64,000 nt of DNA, from assembly GCA_963749495.1 (NCBI GenBank), contig CAVVMW010000019.1, positions 256,001 through 320,000 on the forward strand. The letters run 5' to 3'. A program made the position numbers and the translations under genes. This DNA comes from an uncultured bacterium (GTDB lineage: Bacteria > Verrucomicrobiota > Verrucomicrobiia > Limisphaerales > UBA8199). Within the stretch, counting starts at the first letter, position 1; every line of letters begins with the position of its first letter. This document shows positions 41,324 through 52,047 of the stretch, one piece after another. Below the pieces are notes generated by a model that did no database searches, was not told the origin of the DNA, and saw nothing but the letters and a program-made list of their open reading frames with translations.

Positions 41324-43315
41324 CCCCAGTTTACGAGTTATTTCAAGGGTGCCTCGGAATTGGTTGTCAACCAGCAGGTTACAACCTGGCCCCTCTATGC
41401 CCTAAAACGGCGATTTGGGGGCTCTCAGTTCGAGTATCTCCATCAGCTTTGCCTGGATTTCGTCCCGCTTGGTCAGCACCGGCTGCTCCGTGGCCGGTCG
41501 GCCTGCGCGGCGGGCTGGGTAAACATTGATCACCTCCTGAATCCGGCCCAACTTCTCCAGCAGACCGGCCATGGATAAGCGCACGCCCGCCTGCCGTGCG
41601 CGGCGCCACACCAGGGTCGGAGCAGTACCCGCAATAGTACAATAGAGTCCATGGACTTGGATCTTGCTCTCGGTCCAGTGGTGCAGTGGCCACCAGGCGC
41701 CAATGTGCCGGTCCTTCATTTCGTGGAAAATCTCCTCGATGACAAATTGGCTCCGGTAAGCGCGAATTACCTGGGCGTCGGTCCATTCCTTATGACCGGT
41801 GATGAGCAGCGTCTTGCCCAGATACGTATCGGCCAACTGTTGCTGCGCGGCTGGGTCCGCCACGTGAGCCAATTGGAGCACGCCCGCCGCCGTCCGCGAG
41901 ACGGTGGTCTTGAGCAACTGGCCCAGATGCTGACGGTGAAGAATCTGGTTGCACTTGCGCTGGACCGATTCGACGCTCGGCAGGGTGCCTCCCTTAATGA
42001 GCCCTGCGGCACGGTCTTGGAGGTTCTGCCGCACTTGGGCCAACTGGCTCAGCGCGCGGGCCAGGTCGTTTTGCACCGTCGCCCATTGGCTGGCAAAGAG
42101 GTGCTCGTTGTAAGTGACCACCACCGTGCGCTCCTTGCCATAGACCACCAGTTGGGTGTGCCAGCTTTTGGTGCCTTCCAGGCCCGGCTCGGTGGCGGCC
42201 TGCCAACGGGCGTCCTGGTTGGAAATCCGCATCAGGTTGGGATGCTCGTCCAACTTGACCGAACCGACGTAGGGCAGTCCGAGTTGGTCAATCAAGCCGA
42301 AGTTGTCCTTGGAGTTGTTGCCCTTATCGAAGATGAGCGTCGGTTTGACCGTGGCCCAGGTCGAACCGGCCCGCTCCACCAGCCAGCGCTGAAACCTCGC
42401 CAGCACTTGCGGGAACTCCTTGGCGTCGTTGCGGTTGCCCTCATAGACCTCGTAAAAGAGCGGCAACTGCCCGTCGGTGGAGCAGAACAGGGCATAGCTG
42501 ACTTGCCGCAGATTGCACCGGCCCTGCTTGTTCTTGCCGCGTTTGGCGACTTGGCACTTGAGGTTGAAGGTGTTGATGAAGGTGTAGAAGTTGGTGCCGT
42601 CATAACAAATCTGCGAGAGCGGGATTTGCTCCCGCTGCAGGACGCCGCCGATGAGTTGCTGCCAGATGGCCTGGGCGGTGAGCGGCTCGATGCGGTCCAT
42701 GTGATCCCAGAAGCGCTGGGAGGTCAATTGCGCCGCCGACGCCTCGGGCCATAAACGCGCCAGGCAGGTGCGGCCAAGCCAATCCCACATCGCCTGCTTG
42801 CTGACCGGGTCGTAGGCACGGTTGATGGCCGCCAGGCGGATGTAGTCGCCGGTGCTCAGTCCCTGGTTGCGCTTGGGGCATAGTTGATCGACCAGTTCGG
42901 CGACCCGGGCACGGCGCGTTTCCTGCCAGAGGGCCAGCGGCAGGGCCCAGTCGAGCACCTGGGCGTATTGGGGAGGGGGGCCGGTGCCCGCAACGGCTTG
43001 CGCGATATCCTCGGCTTTGCCGAGGTATCTTTGGGAGAGGCGGCGGCATTTGCCGTTTTTCCAACCCCAGAGGGAGAGATAGTAGTAGGTGTGGCCATGA
43101 ATGTTTTTGGCTTCGAGGCGATGCATAGCGCGCCGGACATGCGACGCGCATATTCAGGGCATAGTTACAGAAGATTGTCAAGCACAATATCTCATTTTAT
43201 AGGGAAATATTGACGGTATCTGGGCTTGTGTTTTAGGGCATAGTGAGGAGGACGCGCAAACATTTGGGTCAGAAGGCCTTACACAGAATGGGCTATGCTA
43301 ACTCGTAAACTGGGG
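41324..43315 (-). mobile_element. IS1634-family insertion sequence, about 2.0 kb
   Basis: Perfect 17-bp IRs CCCCAGTTTACGAGTTA (41324-41340) and TAACTCGTAAACTGGGG (43299-43315), each flanked by CTAG. Confidence 0.93.
41402..43126 (-). CDS. IS1634-family DDE transposase (intact ORF)
   Basis: YDGTNFYT, KRGKNKQGR, PLFYEVYEGNRND, LIFDKGN, AYRSQFVIEEIFHEMK, HHWTESKIQVH. Confidence 0.92.
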   Translation of the reverse strand: MHRLEAKNIHGHTYYYLSLWGWKNGKCRRLSQRYLGKAEDIAQAVAGTGPPPQYAQVLDWALPLALWQETRRARVAELVDQLCPKRNQGLSTGDYIRLAAINRAYDPVSKQAMWDWLGRTCLARLWPEASAAQLTSQRFWDHMDRIEPLTAQAIWQQLIGGVLQREQIPLSQICYDGTNFYTFINTFNLKCQVAKRGKNKQGRCNLRQVSYALFCSTDGQLPLFYEVYEGNRNDAKEFPQVLARFQRWLVERAGSTWATVKPTLIFDKGNNSKDNFGLIDQLGLPYVGSVKLDEHPNLMRISNQDARWQAATEPGLEGTKSWHTQLVVYGKERTVVVTYNEHLFASQWATVQNDLARALSQLAQVRQNLQDRAAGLIKGGTLPSVESVQRKCNQILHRQHLGQLLKTTVSRTAAGVLQLAHVADPAAQQQLADTYLGKTLLITGHKEWTDAQVIRAYRSQFVIEEIFHEMKDRHIGAWWPLHHWTESKIQVHGLYCTIAGTAPTLVWRRARQAGVRLSMAGLLEKLGRIQEVINVYPARRAGRPATEQPVLTKRDEIQAKLMEILELRAPKSPF

Positions 43316-44878
43316 CTAGTCCTCAACGGCGGCTGCAAGGCCTCCGATTACGCCGCTCACCTGGTGGAAATCGCCCGGGCCTTCCGGCGCGTGCCGCAGG
43401 TGGCAGCCATCGCCATGGTCCGCTCCTCGCACCTGGCTGGGCGGATTGCCGCCATCGTGGATGCCTCCCGCCCCCGACGCGCCCCGCGCACTCTGCTGGT
43501 GGGTTTGTGCTGTGCCGCCGAGCTTGCCTTCGTCGCTGCCGTCGCCGCGCAGAAGCCCCAGGCAAATTCTCCCGCTCCCACTCCCCAAGGGAAGCCCTGG
43601 TTCGACCCCCGCTTGCGGGCATTCTTTGCGGCCAAAGCCGCGCAAGCGCATCAACTGGCCGAACAGCAACAGGAGCCTCTTGTCCCGGAGGTTTGGCCGT
43701 ACTTTCAGGCCGGCATGAGGGGCGATTGGAAAAACGCGACGAACCTTTGGTTGGCGATACGCCAAGGCTCGGCACCGGACAACACCAATGCCGATGAGAA
43801 GGTCCCTTCCCGTCACACGGCGGTTTGGTCCACCATTCTTGAGACCGACCTTGCATGGGAGCAGTTCGCCAACTGGAAGGAGAAATATGTGCTGGCCTAC
43901 GGCAACAATATCATCAAATCCATCCCGCCCGGCAGCATTTACTTCGGCGGGACCGACCCGGGCCGTGGGGTCATTACCGCTATGTCCGAGTCCCATGCGG
44001 AGGCCAAGCCATTCTTCACCCTCACCCAAAACGCCCTAGCGGATCCCGCTTACGCGAATTATCTGCGGGCGATGTACGGCCAGGTCATCTACACCCCCAC
44101 TGACGAAGATTCCAAACAATCCTTCCAGGAATACATGGTAGATGCCGGGCGGCGGTTCGCCGAGAATAAGCTCCTGCCGGGCGAGGACGTCAAGATCACC
44201 GACAACCGCGTCCAGGTCACTGGCCAGGTCGCCGTGACGGCCATCAATGGCTTGCTGGCCAAAACCATCTTCGACCACAACCCCAACCGCCAGTTCTACC
44301 TCGAGGAAAGCTTCCCGCTCGATTGGATGTATCCCTATCTCTCTCCGAATGGGCTGATTATGAAGATCAATCGCCAGCCGCTGCCCAGGCTCTCCGAGGA
44401 ACTCGTTCGGCAGGACCATGAGTACTGGTCGAGCTATCTCCGGCCGATGCTCGGCGATTGGATCACCTACGACACCCCGGTCGCCGAGGTCGCCGCCTTT
44501 GCGGAGAGGGTCTATCGCAAGCATGACCTTCGCGGTTTCAAGGGCGACCCGCAATTCGCCAAGGACGCGTGGGCGCAAAAGTTCTTTTCCAAGCTGCGCG
44601 ACTCCATCGGCGGCGTCTATGCCTGGCGCTTCACCAACGCCAATGCTCCCGCCGAGAAACAGCGGATGGCCAAAGAGGCCGATTTCGCCTTCCGTCAGGC
44701 CTACGCCCTTTGCCCTGTCAGCCCCGAGGTTGTCTTCCGCTACGTCGAGATGCTGCTGCGTTTGACCCGCGCGGACGACGCGCGGCTCCTGGCCGAAACC
44801 ACGCTGAAACTCGACCCCGCGAACGCCCAGCTACAGGTGCTGGCCAGACAGTTGAAGAACCTCAAACCGAACCGTTGA
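43316..44878 (+). pseudogene. 5'-truncated BlaR1/M56-family protein with DUF2723-like and TPR C-terminal region
   Basis: Starts at the IS boundary with LVLNGGCKASDYAAHLVEIA...LAGRIAAI (end of an M56 domain; HEXXH part missing); IYFGGTDPGR, FYLEESFPLDWMYPYLSPNGLI. Confidence 0.8.
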
Positions 44879-44948
44879 GCCGCGGGCGCAGCACAAAATA
44901 GTAATCAATGGGGCGGCTTCAAGTCTCTGGCAGGGCTGGGGCGTCTTT

Positions 44949-45137
44949 TCCCGGAGGGACGTTCTGAGAATAGCCCAACGTTTCAACGTTGGGTGAGGGG
45001 TTCTTTCGTTGCGTAAGCCCCGAAGGGACGGCTGAATGGAAGACATGTCCTGCGGAAGATGACGTTCCAGGAGGAGTTTATCGGCCTGCTCAAGAAACAC
45101 CGCATTGAGTACCGACAAACGTTACTTGTGGGATTGA
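44949..45137 (+). mobile_element. Left half of a family B REP followed by an internally deleted IS200-like/RAYT transposase
   Basis: REP half 44949-45035, then ATG (45045) joined to RKMTFQEEFIGLLKKHRIEY/DKRYLWD-stop, a recognisable TnpA C-terminus. Confidence 0.78.
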
Positions 45138-45156
45138 GCCTCAGACGGGTCCGTAC

Positions 45157-45222
45157 CTTTGTCGCAACCGTTGTCGGAACCTTTGTCGGGCTGCCCAGGC
45201 CTCGACGAAAGCGGCGACAAAG
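45157..45222. repeat. Family C element core
   Basis: CTTTGTCGC...GCGACAAAG. Confidence 0.75.
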
Positions 45223-45316
45223 CTCTGGGATCGGAGCTTGCAGGTTGATTTTGCCAGCCACTCCAATGCCGCCCGCCGGGTTGACGAGCGGGCGTGGTCT
45301 CCTGCAGGATGGGAGT

Positions 45317-46294
45317 GTGGCTGATACGTGCAGGCTCGGGATCGTGAGCGACATTCACTACGCCGGCGCGGCGGAACGGGCGCGGGGGGATGACTACGAG
45401 TATCGGGACCTGCGCAACCCGCTGCTGCGGCAACTGCTGCGGCTGCACCGCCGGTTCGTCTGGCTGCGCGATCCGCTGCAGCAGAACCACCTGCTGGAGG
45501 CCTTCCTGGACCAGGCCGGGCCGCTGGACTGGGTCGTGGCCAACGGGGATTACTCCTGTGACTCGGCGGCGGTGGGGGTGAGCGACGACGCGGCCTGCCA
45601 GAGCGCGCGCGAGTGCCTGGGCCGGTTGCGAGAGCGTTTTGGCTCGCGCCTGCGGGCCAACCTGGGGGACCACGAACTGGGCAGACTGAGCTTCATAGGC
45701 AGGCGGGGAGGGATGCGGCTGGCCAGTTGGCGGCGGGCGGTGCGGGAGTTGGAACTGCTGCCTTTCTGGCAAGTGACTTTGGGCCGGTACGTCCTCATGG
45801 GATTCGTCTCTTCCCTCGTGGCCCTGCCATTGTTCGAGCGGGACATCCTGCGGGCCGAGTGGCCGGAATGGGAGCGGCTGCAGGCCCAGCACGTGGCGGA
45901 GATCGGACGCGCATTCGATGCCCTGGAGGCAGGCCAGCGCGTGCTGCTCTTTTGTCATGACCCCTCCGCCCTGCCCTATTTGTGGCGCCAACCGGCCGTG
46001 CGGGCCAGGCTGGAGCGAATCGAGCAGACGATTGTGGGCCATTTGCACTCGCAGTCGGTCCTGCTGCAGAGCCGGTTGTTCGCCGGAATGCCCGCCTTGG
46101 GTTTCCTGGGCCCCACCGCCCGGAGACTGACTACAGCCCTGCGCGAGGCCCGGCTCTGGCGGCCCTTTCACGTGCGGCTCTGCCCTGCCCTGGCCGGCCT
46201 TCAATTGTTCAAGGACGGCGGCTTTTACACGGTCGAATTAGATTGTCGGGGCAACCGACCGGCCCGGTTCCAGTTCCACCGGCTCGGGAGGTGA
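45317..46294 (+). CDS. Calcineurin-like metallophosphoesterase
   Basis: SDIH, NGD, GDHE, FCHDP, GHLH motifs; GTG start chosen downstream of the repeats. Confidence 0.85.
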   Translation: MADTCRLGIVSDIHYAGAAERARGDDYEYRDLRNPLLRQLLRLHRRFVWLRDPLQQNHLLEAFLDQAGPLDWVVANGDYSCDSAAVGVSDDAACQSARECLGRLRERFGSRLRANLGDHELGRLSFIGRRGGMRLASWRRAVRELELLPFWQVTLGRYVLMGFVSSLVALPLFERDILRAEWPEWERLQAQHVAEIGRAFDALEAGQRVLLFCHDPSALPYLWRQPAVRARLERIEQTIVGHLHSQSVLLQSRLFAGMPALGFLGPTARRLTTALREARLWRPFHVRLCPALAGLQLFKDGGFYTVELDCRGNRPARFQFHRLGR

Positions 46295-46535
46295 GTCCAC
46301 AGTCCACAGTCCACAGTCCACAGTCCACCCCGCCCTAAAGGCTGAAGGCTAAAGGCTGAAGGCTAAAGACTGAAGTGCGGTCATGCACCTTTGGGCTCTG
46401 CCCTTTAGCCTTTAGCCTTAGCCTTCAGCCGTTAGGGGGGGAACGGGGTCCTCTGGGTCGCAAGGACGTGTGGGCTGCGTCATGCAACTTTGGGTTCTGC
46501 ACTTTAGCCTTTAGCCTTTAGCCTTCAGCCTTCAG
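46293..46535. repeat. Compound heptamer region: (GTCCACA)4, (AAGGCTR)n and inverted (YAGCCTT)n, with a ~55-bp local duplication
   Basis: Direct reading; 46376-46430 resembles 46476-46530. Confidence 0.88.
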
Positions 46536-46605
46536 GGTGAGGGGGAGCCGGTTAACGGCCAGATTTAGCTTTTCCTGCCCGCGGGCTTTGCGGTAGATTG
46601 CGCCC

Positions 46606-47011
46606 ATGGCGGAAATTGTGGATTTTGTAAATCGTGGGGCGAGCTCCGTTAGCCCGGCCATTGTAGAGAAGATGCTGCGGCATCTGCCCCAATGGAAGCT
46701 GGAGTTCACTCAGATTTATGAGCCACTGTTCCCGCACCTGGTGGACCAATTGGAGTTTCTGGCCGATGCCGTCGAAGACAGCGCGGACGGCGCCTACAAG
46801 GACTTGCCTTACGTGGCGTTCGCCCAGGCGGCTTTTGCGCTCATTTACGCTCACAAGAAGGTGGGCATCATCCCGGACACCGTGCTCAATCTGGGCCGGG
46901 CGGACGATTCGAGCGTGGTGCGGGCGGTGTTGATCCAGAATGAGAAGGTCTTTGCGCTATACGCCACCGCCCAGGAACGTCGAGTGGTCCAGGATCACCA
47001 GCCAGCCCTGA
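46606..47011 (+). CDS. Hypothetical protein (YkvA/DUF1232-like); probable frameshift near 46975
   Basis: AAFALIY...IIPDTVLNLGRADDSSVV; alternative frame ends NVEWSRITSQP-stop before the convergent gene. Confidence 0.6.
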
Positions 47012-47012
47012 G

Positions 47013-47435
47013 TTACGCCCCGGACGACGCCAATACGGCCTGCACCGCATCGATCAGTTCTTTTGCCCGATAGGGCTTGGATAGGAATCGATCCGGTTTG
47101 CGGAGCGCGCCGAAGCAGACTTCCTCGGCCTCCGTGCCGCTGACGAGAATCGTTTTGGGCTGGGGTTTTACGCGCCAGCAGGCAGCGATTAACTCCAAGC
47201 CGGTCATCTGGAGCATGGCGTAATCGGTGATGATAAGCTCCGGGCGCTGCTCTGCGTCGGTCAACGCCCCCAGGGCGGCCTCTGCGCTGGGAAAGGTCCG
47301 GACATCGTAGCCCGCGGCCTTGAGCACCACGGTCGCCATCTCCAGCAGCACCATCTCGTCGTCCACGACGTAAATCAACGCGGCAGCAGGCGCAGGCGCG
47401 GGCGCCGACGCGGAGTCGTTCGTCGGGCAGTTCAT
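47013..47435 (-). CDS. Single-domain response regulator receiver
   Basis: IYVVDDE, PELIITDYAM..MTGLEL, ILVSG, FLSKPY. Confidence 0.9.
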   Translation of the reverse strand: MNCPTNDSASAPAPAPAAALIYVVDDEMVLLEMATVVLKAAGYDVRTFPSAEAALGALTDAEQRPELIITDYAMLQMTGLELIAACWRVKPQPKTILVSGTEAEEVCFGALRKPDRFLSKPYRAKELIDAVQAVLASSGA

Positions 47436-47579
47436 GCGGTTCTGCCCGAGTAAACACCCGCCCCGCCCTGCTGGCAAGCGGTCTTTGCGCCCAATTTCAC
47501 GGTTGCACGACTCTACTCCCAGCCGTAATGTCTCCAGGCAACCGAGTCACCCCGGGCCTCTCTCAGATGGGGTAACCGT

Positions 47580-49189
47580 ATGAAAACGAAAAAGCCGCGA
47601 ACCCGAAAGGCTGCAAATCCGGCGCCCGCGCCGCCCGCGCCCGGTCAAACGACTTTGCCAGCGGCCAAGGACGGAGGGCGGAGGGCGGAGGACGGAGGGC
47701 GGAGGGCGGAGGACGGAGGGCGGAGGACGGAGGACGGAGGACGGAGGACGGAGGACGGGCGCAAGGGCCGGAGGTTGAAGGCGGGCGGCGGGCGCGGTCA
47801 TCATGCACCAGCGGAAAGAGAGTCCCTGGCAAGGCGGAGCCCGGACAGGCTGCCGTTGAGGATTCCACCAATTCTGTTGGAGGGCGACGAACCCGTTCCC
47901 GCGGCTGCGTCCGCGCCAGGCACGGGTCCTGGCGAGAAATACGCGCTTGGCCCAACAGCCCCGGCCGAGCCTATGGAGCCGGAGGCCGCTGCATTGCCCG
48001 AGGCCTATGGAACGGGCACTTTGCTGCTGCTGGTGTCCGACCCGCACTGGCTCTACGCGCATTGGGACCTGGGCCCCGAGGAGCAACGCCCTTACTACGA
48101 CCGTGCGGCGAATCGGCGCCTGGTCTTGCGCGGGCGCCAGGACGCCCTGACCGGCCCCGTCCTTGCCGAAATCCACGTACCCCCGGACTCGAGGGATTGG
48201 TTCTTTCGGGTGCCCCGCGCCCCAGCCAGGTGTGTTGCCGAGTTGGGCTACTACCTGGAAGGCGGGCAGTGGGTGAGCATCGCCGCCTCCAATGCCGTGG
48301 CCACGCCGCCGGAGGCCCCGTCAGAAGACAAGACCGCTCAGTTCGCAGCCGTTGAGCCTGCGTTGCTCATGCCTGCGGCTGCGGCCGGCCTGCCGGCCAA
48401 AAGGCCCCCCTCGCTGGCCCGGGGCGAAGCCGAAGCGCGCCGGGACTGGGTCGAAGCGGAGGCGGCGCCCCCCAAGAGCATGTCTGAAGGGCCTCTGCGG
48501 CAGGGGCGTCCCGCCCCTGTCTGCCGCGGGCCAGACGCAGGTGCCAGGCCTTTTCAGACACGTCCGCAGGGCCTGGAACCTGCAGAGCGAGGCACCCAGG
48601 CCGGTCCCGGGCCGCGGCTGCGCCTGGTGCCGCCCGGCTCGGTCGCAGCTTGGACCGTGGAACAGGAACAAGCGCTGGCCGAGGCGATCCAGCCGGCGGG
48701 TCCGCGCGCCGATGGGGCCGATTCGCTGGGGATAGCCGAACTGGTCCGGCACCCGCTGGAGTGGGAAATGGGCCCGAGGGCGCGCAGGAATTGGAATTGG
48801 GCCTGCCCGTCATGGCCGAGATCGTGGCGGGCGTGACCCATCCGGGCGGCCCCTCCTCGCTGATTGGCCCCGAGGGCGGAGGCCAGGAGCCGCCCAAGCA
48901 GTTCTGGCTCAACGTCAATGCCGAACTGGTCCTTTACGGAGCGACAGAACCGGGCGCGCGGGTGACGATCTGTGGCTGGCCCATCCGGCTGCGGCCGGAC
49001 GGCAGCTTCAGTTGCCGGTTTGCGTTGCCGGAAGGGCGATACGTGCTTGTGGTGGCCGCGGTTTCGGCCCAGGGGGAGCAGCGGCAGGCGGATTTGGAGT
49101 TCAGCCGCCATTCGCAGTGTCACGGTGAGGTGGGCTCTCAGGCGCAAGACCCCACACTCACGCCGCCTGCGGGGGAGGGGCTGGTCTAA
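47580..49189 (+). CDS. DUF4912-domain protein (frameshift near 48778)
   Basis: LPEAYGTGTLLLLVSDPHWLYAHWD...AELGYY...SNAVATP; C-terminal FWLNVNAELVLYGATEPGARVTI...LRPDGSF; precedes GH57. Confidence 0.85.
47669..47758 (+). repeat. In-frame heptamer array GG(A/G)CGGA encoding (EDGGRRA/T)n
   Basis: Direct reading. Confidence 0.9.
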
Positions 49190-49339
49190 ATGGGAACAAC
49201 CAACATGGGCACACTCATGCGGGTTTTGGACCTTTGTCGCAGCCTTTGTCGCGGCCTTTGTCGGATGCGCCGTTTCTCGTCAAAGGAAGCGACAAAGGCT
49301 GCGACAAAGGTTGTGCCAATGTTACGGGGTTCGAGTTAG
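49186..49339. repeat. Family C full 154-bp element (CTAAAT...GTTAG)
   Basis: Colinear with 55635-55788; its CTAA end supplies the DUF4912 stop codon. Confidence 0.88.
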
Positions 49340-49357
49340 CTGGCGAGGAGAACGATA

Positions 49358-50950
49358 TTGGCGCCCAACCTGACAACGCAAGGCTATCTGTTGCTGGTGC
49401 TGCACGGGCACCTGCCCTTTGTGCGGCATCCCGAACGTGAGAGGTTTCTCGAGGAGAACTGGCTGTTCGAGGCGATAACGGAAAGCTACCTGCCACTGCT
49501 GGACCTGCTGGGTGGCTGGCAACGGGACGGCCTGGAGGCGCGGCTGACGGTGACGCTGACGCCGACGCTGTGCGCCATGCTGCAGGATGCGCTGTTGCAG
49601 GAGCGCTACCTTCGGCACATCGAGGGGCTCATCGAGTTGGCGGAACGGGAGACCCACCGCACGCTCTGGGACGGGGCCTTTCACAAGCTGGCGCTGTTCT
49701 ATCTGGAGCGTCTGAGCCGGGCGCGCGAGTTTTACTTCGCCTGCCAGTGCGACCTGGTGGGCGCCTTCCGCGCTCTGCAGGACCAGGGGCGGGTGGAAAT
49801 CGTCACCAGCGCCGCCACGCACGCGGTGCTCCCCTTGTTGGCCCTGCACCCGCCCTCGATCCGGGCGCAGGTCCTGGCCGCGCGCGACCATTACCAAAGT
49901 TGTTTTGGGCGCGAGCCCCGCGGCATCTGGTTGCCCGAATGCGCCTACGTCGAGGAACTCGAACCGGCCTTGCTCGAAGCCAACCTCCGGTGGTTCATCC
50001 TCGAGAGCCACGGCCTGCTCCACGCGCGGCCCCGGCCGCGGTTCGGCCTGTTTGCGCCGGTGTTCACCCCAAAGGGCCTCGCCGCCTTCGGCCGCGATCC
50101 CGATTCGGCCAGGCAAGTCTGGAGCCGGCACGAGGGCTACCCGGGCGACCCGCGCTACCGCGAGTTCTATCGTGACATCGGGTTCGACCTCGACCTGGAT
50201 TATGTGAGACCGCACCTGCCCGGCACCGGCGCGCGCAGCTTCACGGGCATCAAATACTACCGCATCACGGGCCCCTCCGAGCACAAGCAGCCGTATGACC
50301 CCCAGGCCGCAGCCCAGGCCGCTGAGACCCACGCCGCGCATTTCCTGGAGGCGCGCTGGGCGCAGATCCAACGCCCGGCGCAGGTCATGGAACGGCCGCC
50401 CCTGGTGCTCTGCCCCTACGACGCCGAACTCTTCGGTCATTGGTGGTACCAGGGGCCGGAATTCCTGGATTCGGTTGTCCGCAGGGCCTGCGGCGGACAA
50501 TCGGGCCTTTCGCTGATCACGCCGGGCGACTACCTGGGCCGCCACCCGGTCAACCAACTGGCCACGCCCGCCGCCTCGAGCTGGGGCGAGAACGGCTATT
50601 GGCGCGTTTGGCTCAACGACAAGACCGCCTGGCTCTACCCGCACCTGCACGTGGCCCAACAGCGCATGACGGAACTGGCCCGGCGTTTCCCAAGCCCCGG
50701 CCCGCTGGAGGCGCGCGCCCTCAAGCAGGCGGCCCGCGAACTGCTCCTGGCCCAGGCCAGCGACTGGCCATTCATGCTGCGCGCCGACACCAGCCCCGGC
50801 TACGCGCGCAAACGGGCATCCGAGCACCTGCTGCGCTTCAGCGCCCTTTACGACCAGCTTGCCAACGGGGCCGTCAAGGAACCCTGGCTCGCCCAAGTCG
50901 AATCGGCCGACAATCTCTTCACGGGGCTCGATTACCGATATTTCGCATAG
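49358..50950 (+). CDS. GH57 1,4-alpha-glucan branching enzyme (DUF1957)
   Basis: [62 protein letters not shown]. Confidence 0.95.
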   Translation: MAPNLTTQGYLLLVLHGHLPFVRHPERERFLEENWLFEAITESYLPLLDLLGGWQRDGLEARLTVTLTPTLCAMLQDALLQERYLRHIEGLIELAERETHRTLWDGAFHKLALFYLERLSRAREFYFACQCDLVGAFRALQDQGRVEIVTSAATHAVLPLLALHPPSIRAQVLAARDHYQSCFGREPRGIWLPECAYVEELEPALLEANLRWFILESHGLLHARPRPRFGLFAPVFTPKGLAAFGRDPDSARQVWSRHEGYPGDPRYREFYRDIGFDLDLDYVRPHLPGTGARSFTGIKYYRITGPSEHKQPYDPQAAAQAAETHAAHFLEARWAQIQRPAQVMERPPLVLCPYDAELFGHWWYQGPEFLDSVVRRACGGQSGLSLITPGDYLGRHPVNQLATPAASSWGENGYWRVWLNDKTAWLYPHLHVAQQRMTELARRFPSPGPLEARALKQAARELLLAQASDWPFMLRADTSPGYARKRASEHLLRFSALYDQLANGAVKEPWLAQVESADNLFTGLDYRYFA

Positions 50951-50957
50951 TAAGGCC

Positions 50958-51198
50958 TCAGTGAAGGCGGCAGCGGGCCCCGCGGGCAGACCCCTCACCC
51001 CGGCCCTCTCCCCACCCGCTGCGACGGCGCGGCAGCGCGGCGAGTCGGATGGGGAGAGGGAGGATTCTCCGCAGCGTCTTGAGGAAGCGGAGAGGCCTGG
51101 AAATCCCAGAGACTGCCGACGCTTCTCCCTCTCCCCTTCGGAAGGGGAGAGGGCTGGGGTGAGGGGTTCGCCGAGGACTCCGTTTCCGCCTTCACTGA
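50958..51198. repeat. Intact family A MITE-like element with 13-bp terminal IRs, flanked by a 17-bp direct repeat
   Basis: TCAGTGAAGGCGG / CCGCCTTCACTGA; ACCGATATTTCGCATAG at 50934-50950 and 51198-51214. Confidence 0.9.
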
Positions 51199-51263
51199 CC
51201 GATATTTCGCATAGCATGGCGCCCTTGCCTTGGGGGGATTGGCCTGTTAAGGTGGGAGGCACG

Positions 51264-52047
51264 ATGGCTTTCTCGTTTGTCTTTTTGGGCTCAGGGACAT
51301 CCCAAGGGGTTCCGGTGCTGGGCAGGGAGTACCCGGCGGAATTCCTCGCAAATCCCAAGAACCACCGGACGCGGCCGTCCATTTATGTGGCAAGCCCGGA
51401 GGTGAAGCTGGTGGTGGATACGACCCCGGAATTTCGCATCCAGATGCTCCGGGAGCAGATACGGTGGTTGGACGCGGTGCTGTTCACCCATTCGCACGCC
51501 GACCATATCATGGGCCTGGACGATTGCCGGTCGTTCTGCAACATGCGGGACGGGCACACCCTGCCGGTCTATGCCAACCGCCAGACGATGAAAGACCTCG
51601 AACGGGTCTTTGCCTATGCCTTCCATGGGGCGCGCGAGGTGAAGGGCTATTTTGTCCCCGAACCGCACCTCATCGAGGGGTCGTTCAAGCTGAGGGATTT
51701 GGAGATCGTGCCGTTGCGCCTGCCGCACGGTTCGATGGAGAGTTGTGGTTTTCTGTTCCTGCAGGGCGGGCGCAAGCAGATGGCCTACCTGAGCGACTGC
51801 AGCGAGGTGCCCGGACTCGCGGTCGAAGAGGTTCGCGGTGTGCAGGTGGCGGTGCTCGACGCGCTGCGCCCGGCGCCGCACCCCACGCACATGTGTCTGG
51901 ACGAGGCGCTGGCAGCCGCCCGGCGCATCGGGGCGGGGCGGACCTTTTTCACGCACCTGACGCATGATTACGATCATGACGCGGCCCAGGCGGAGCCTGC
52001 CGCCCGGGGTGGAATTGGCTTATGACGGGCTGAAGGTTTCGGTATGA
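51264..52047 (+). CDS. MBL-fold metallo-hydrolase, PhnP-like (frameshift near 51995)
   Basis: [51 protein letters not shown] in the shifted frame. Confidence 0.9.

Noticed and set aside
45059..45316. N-terminal extension of the metallophosphoesterase
   Set aside because: Consists of a transposase remnant and a family C repeat that happen to be open in frame
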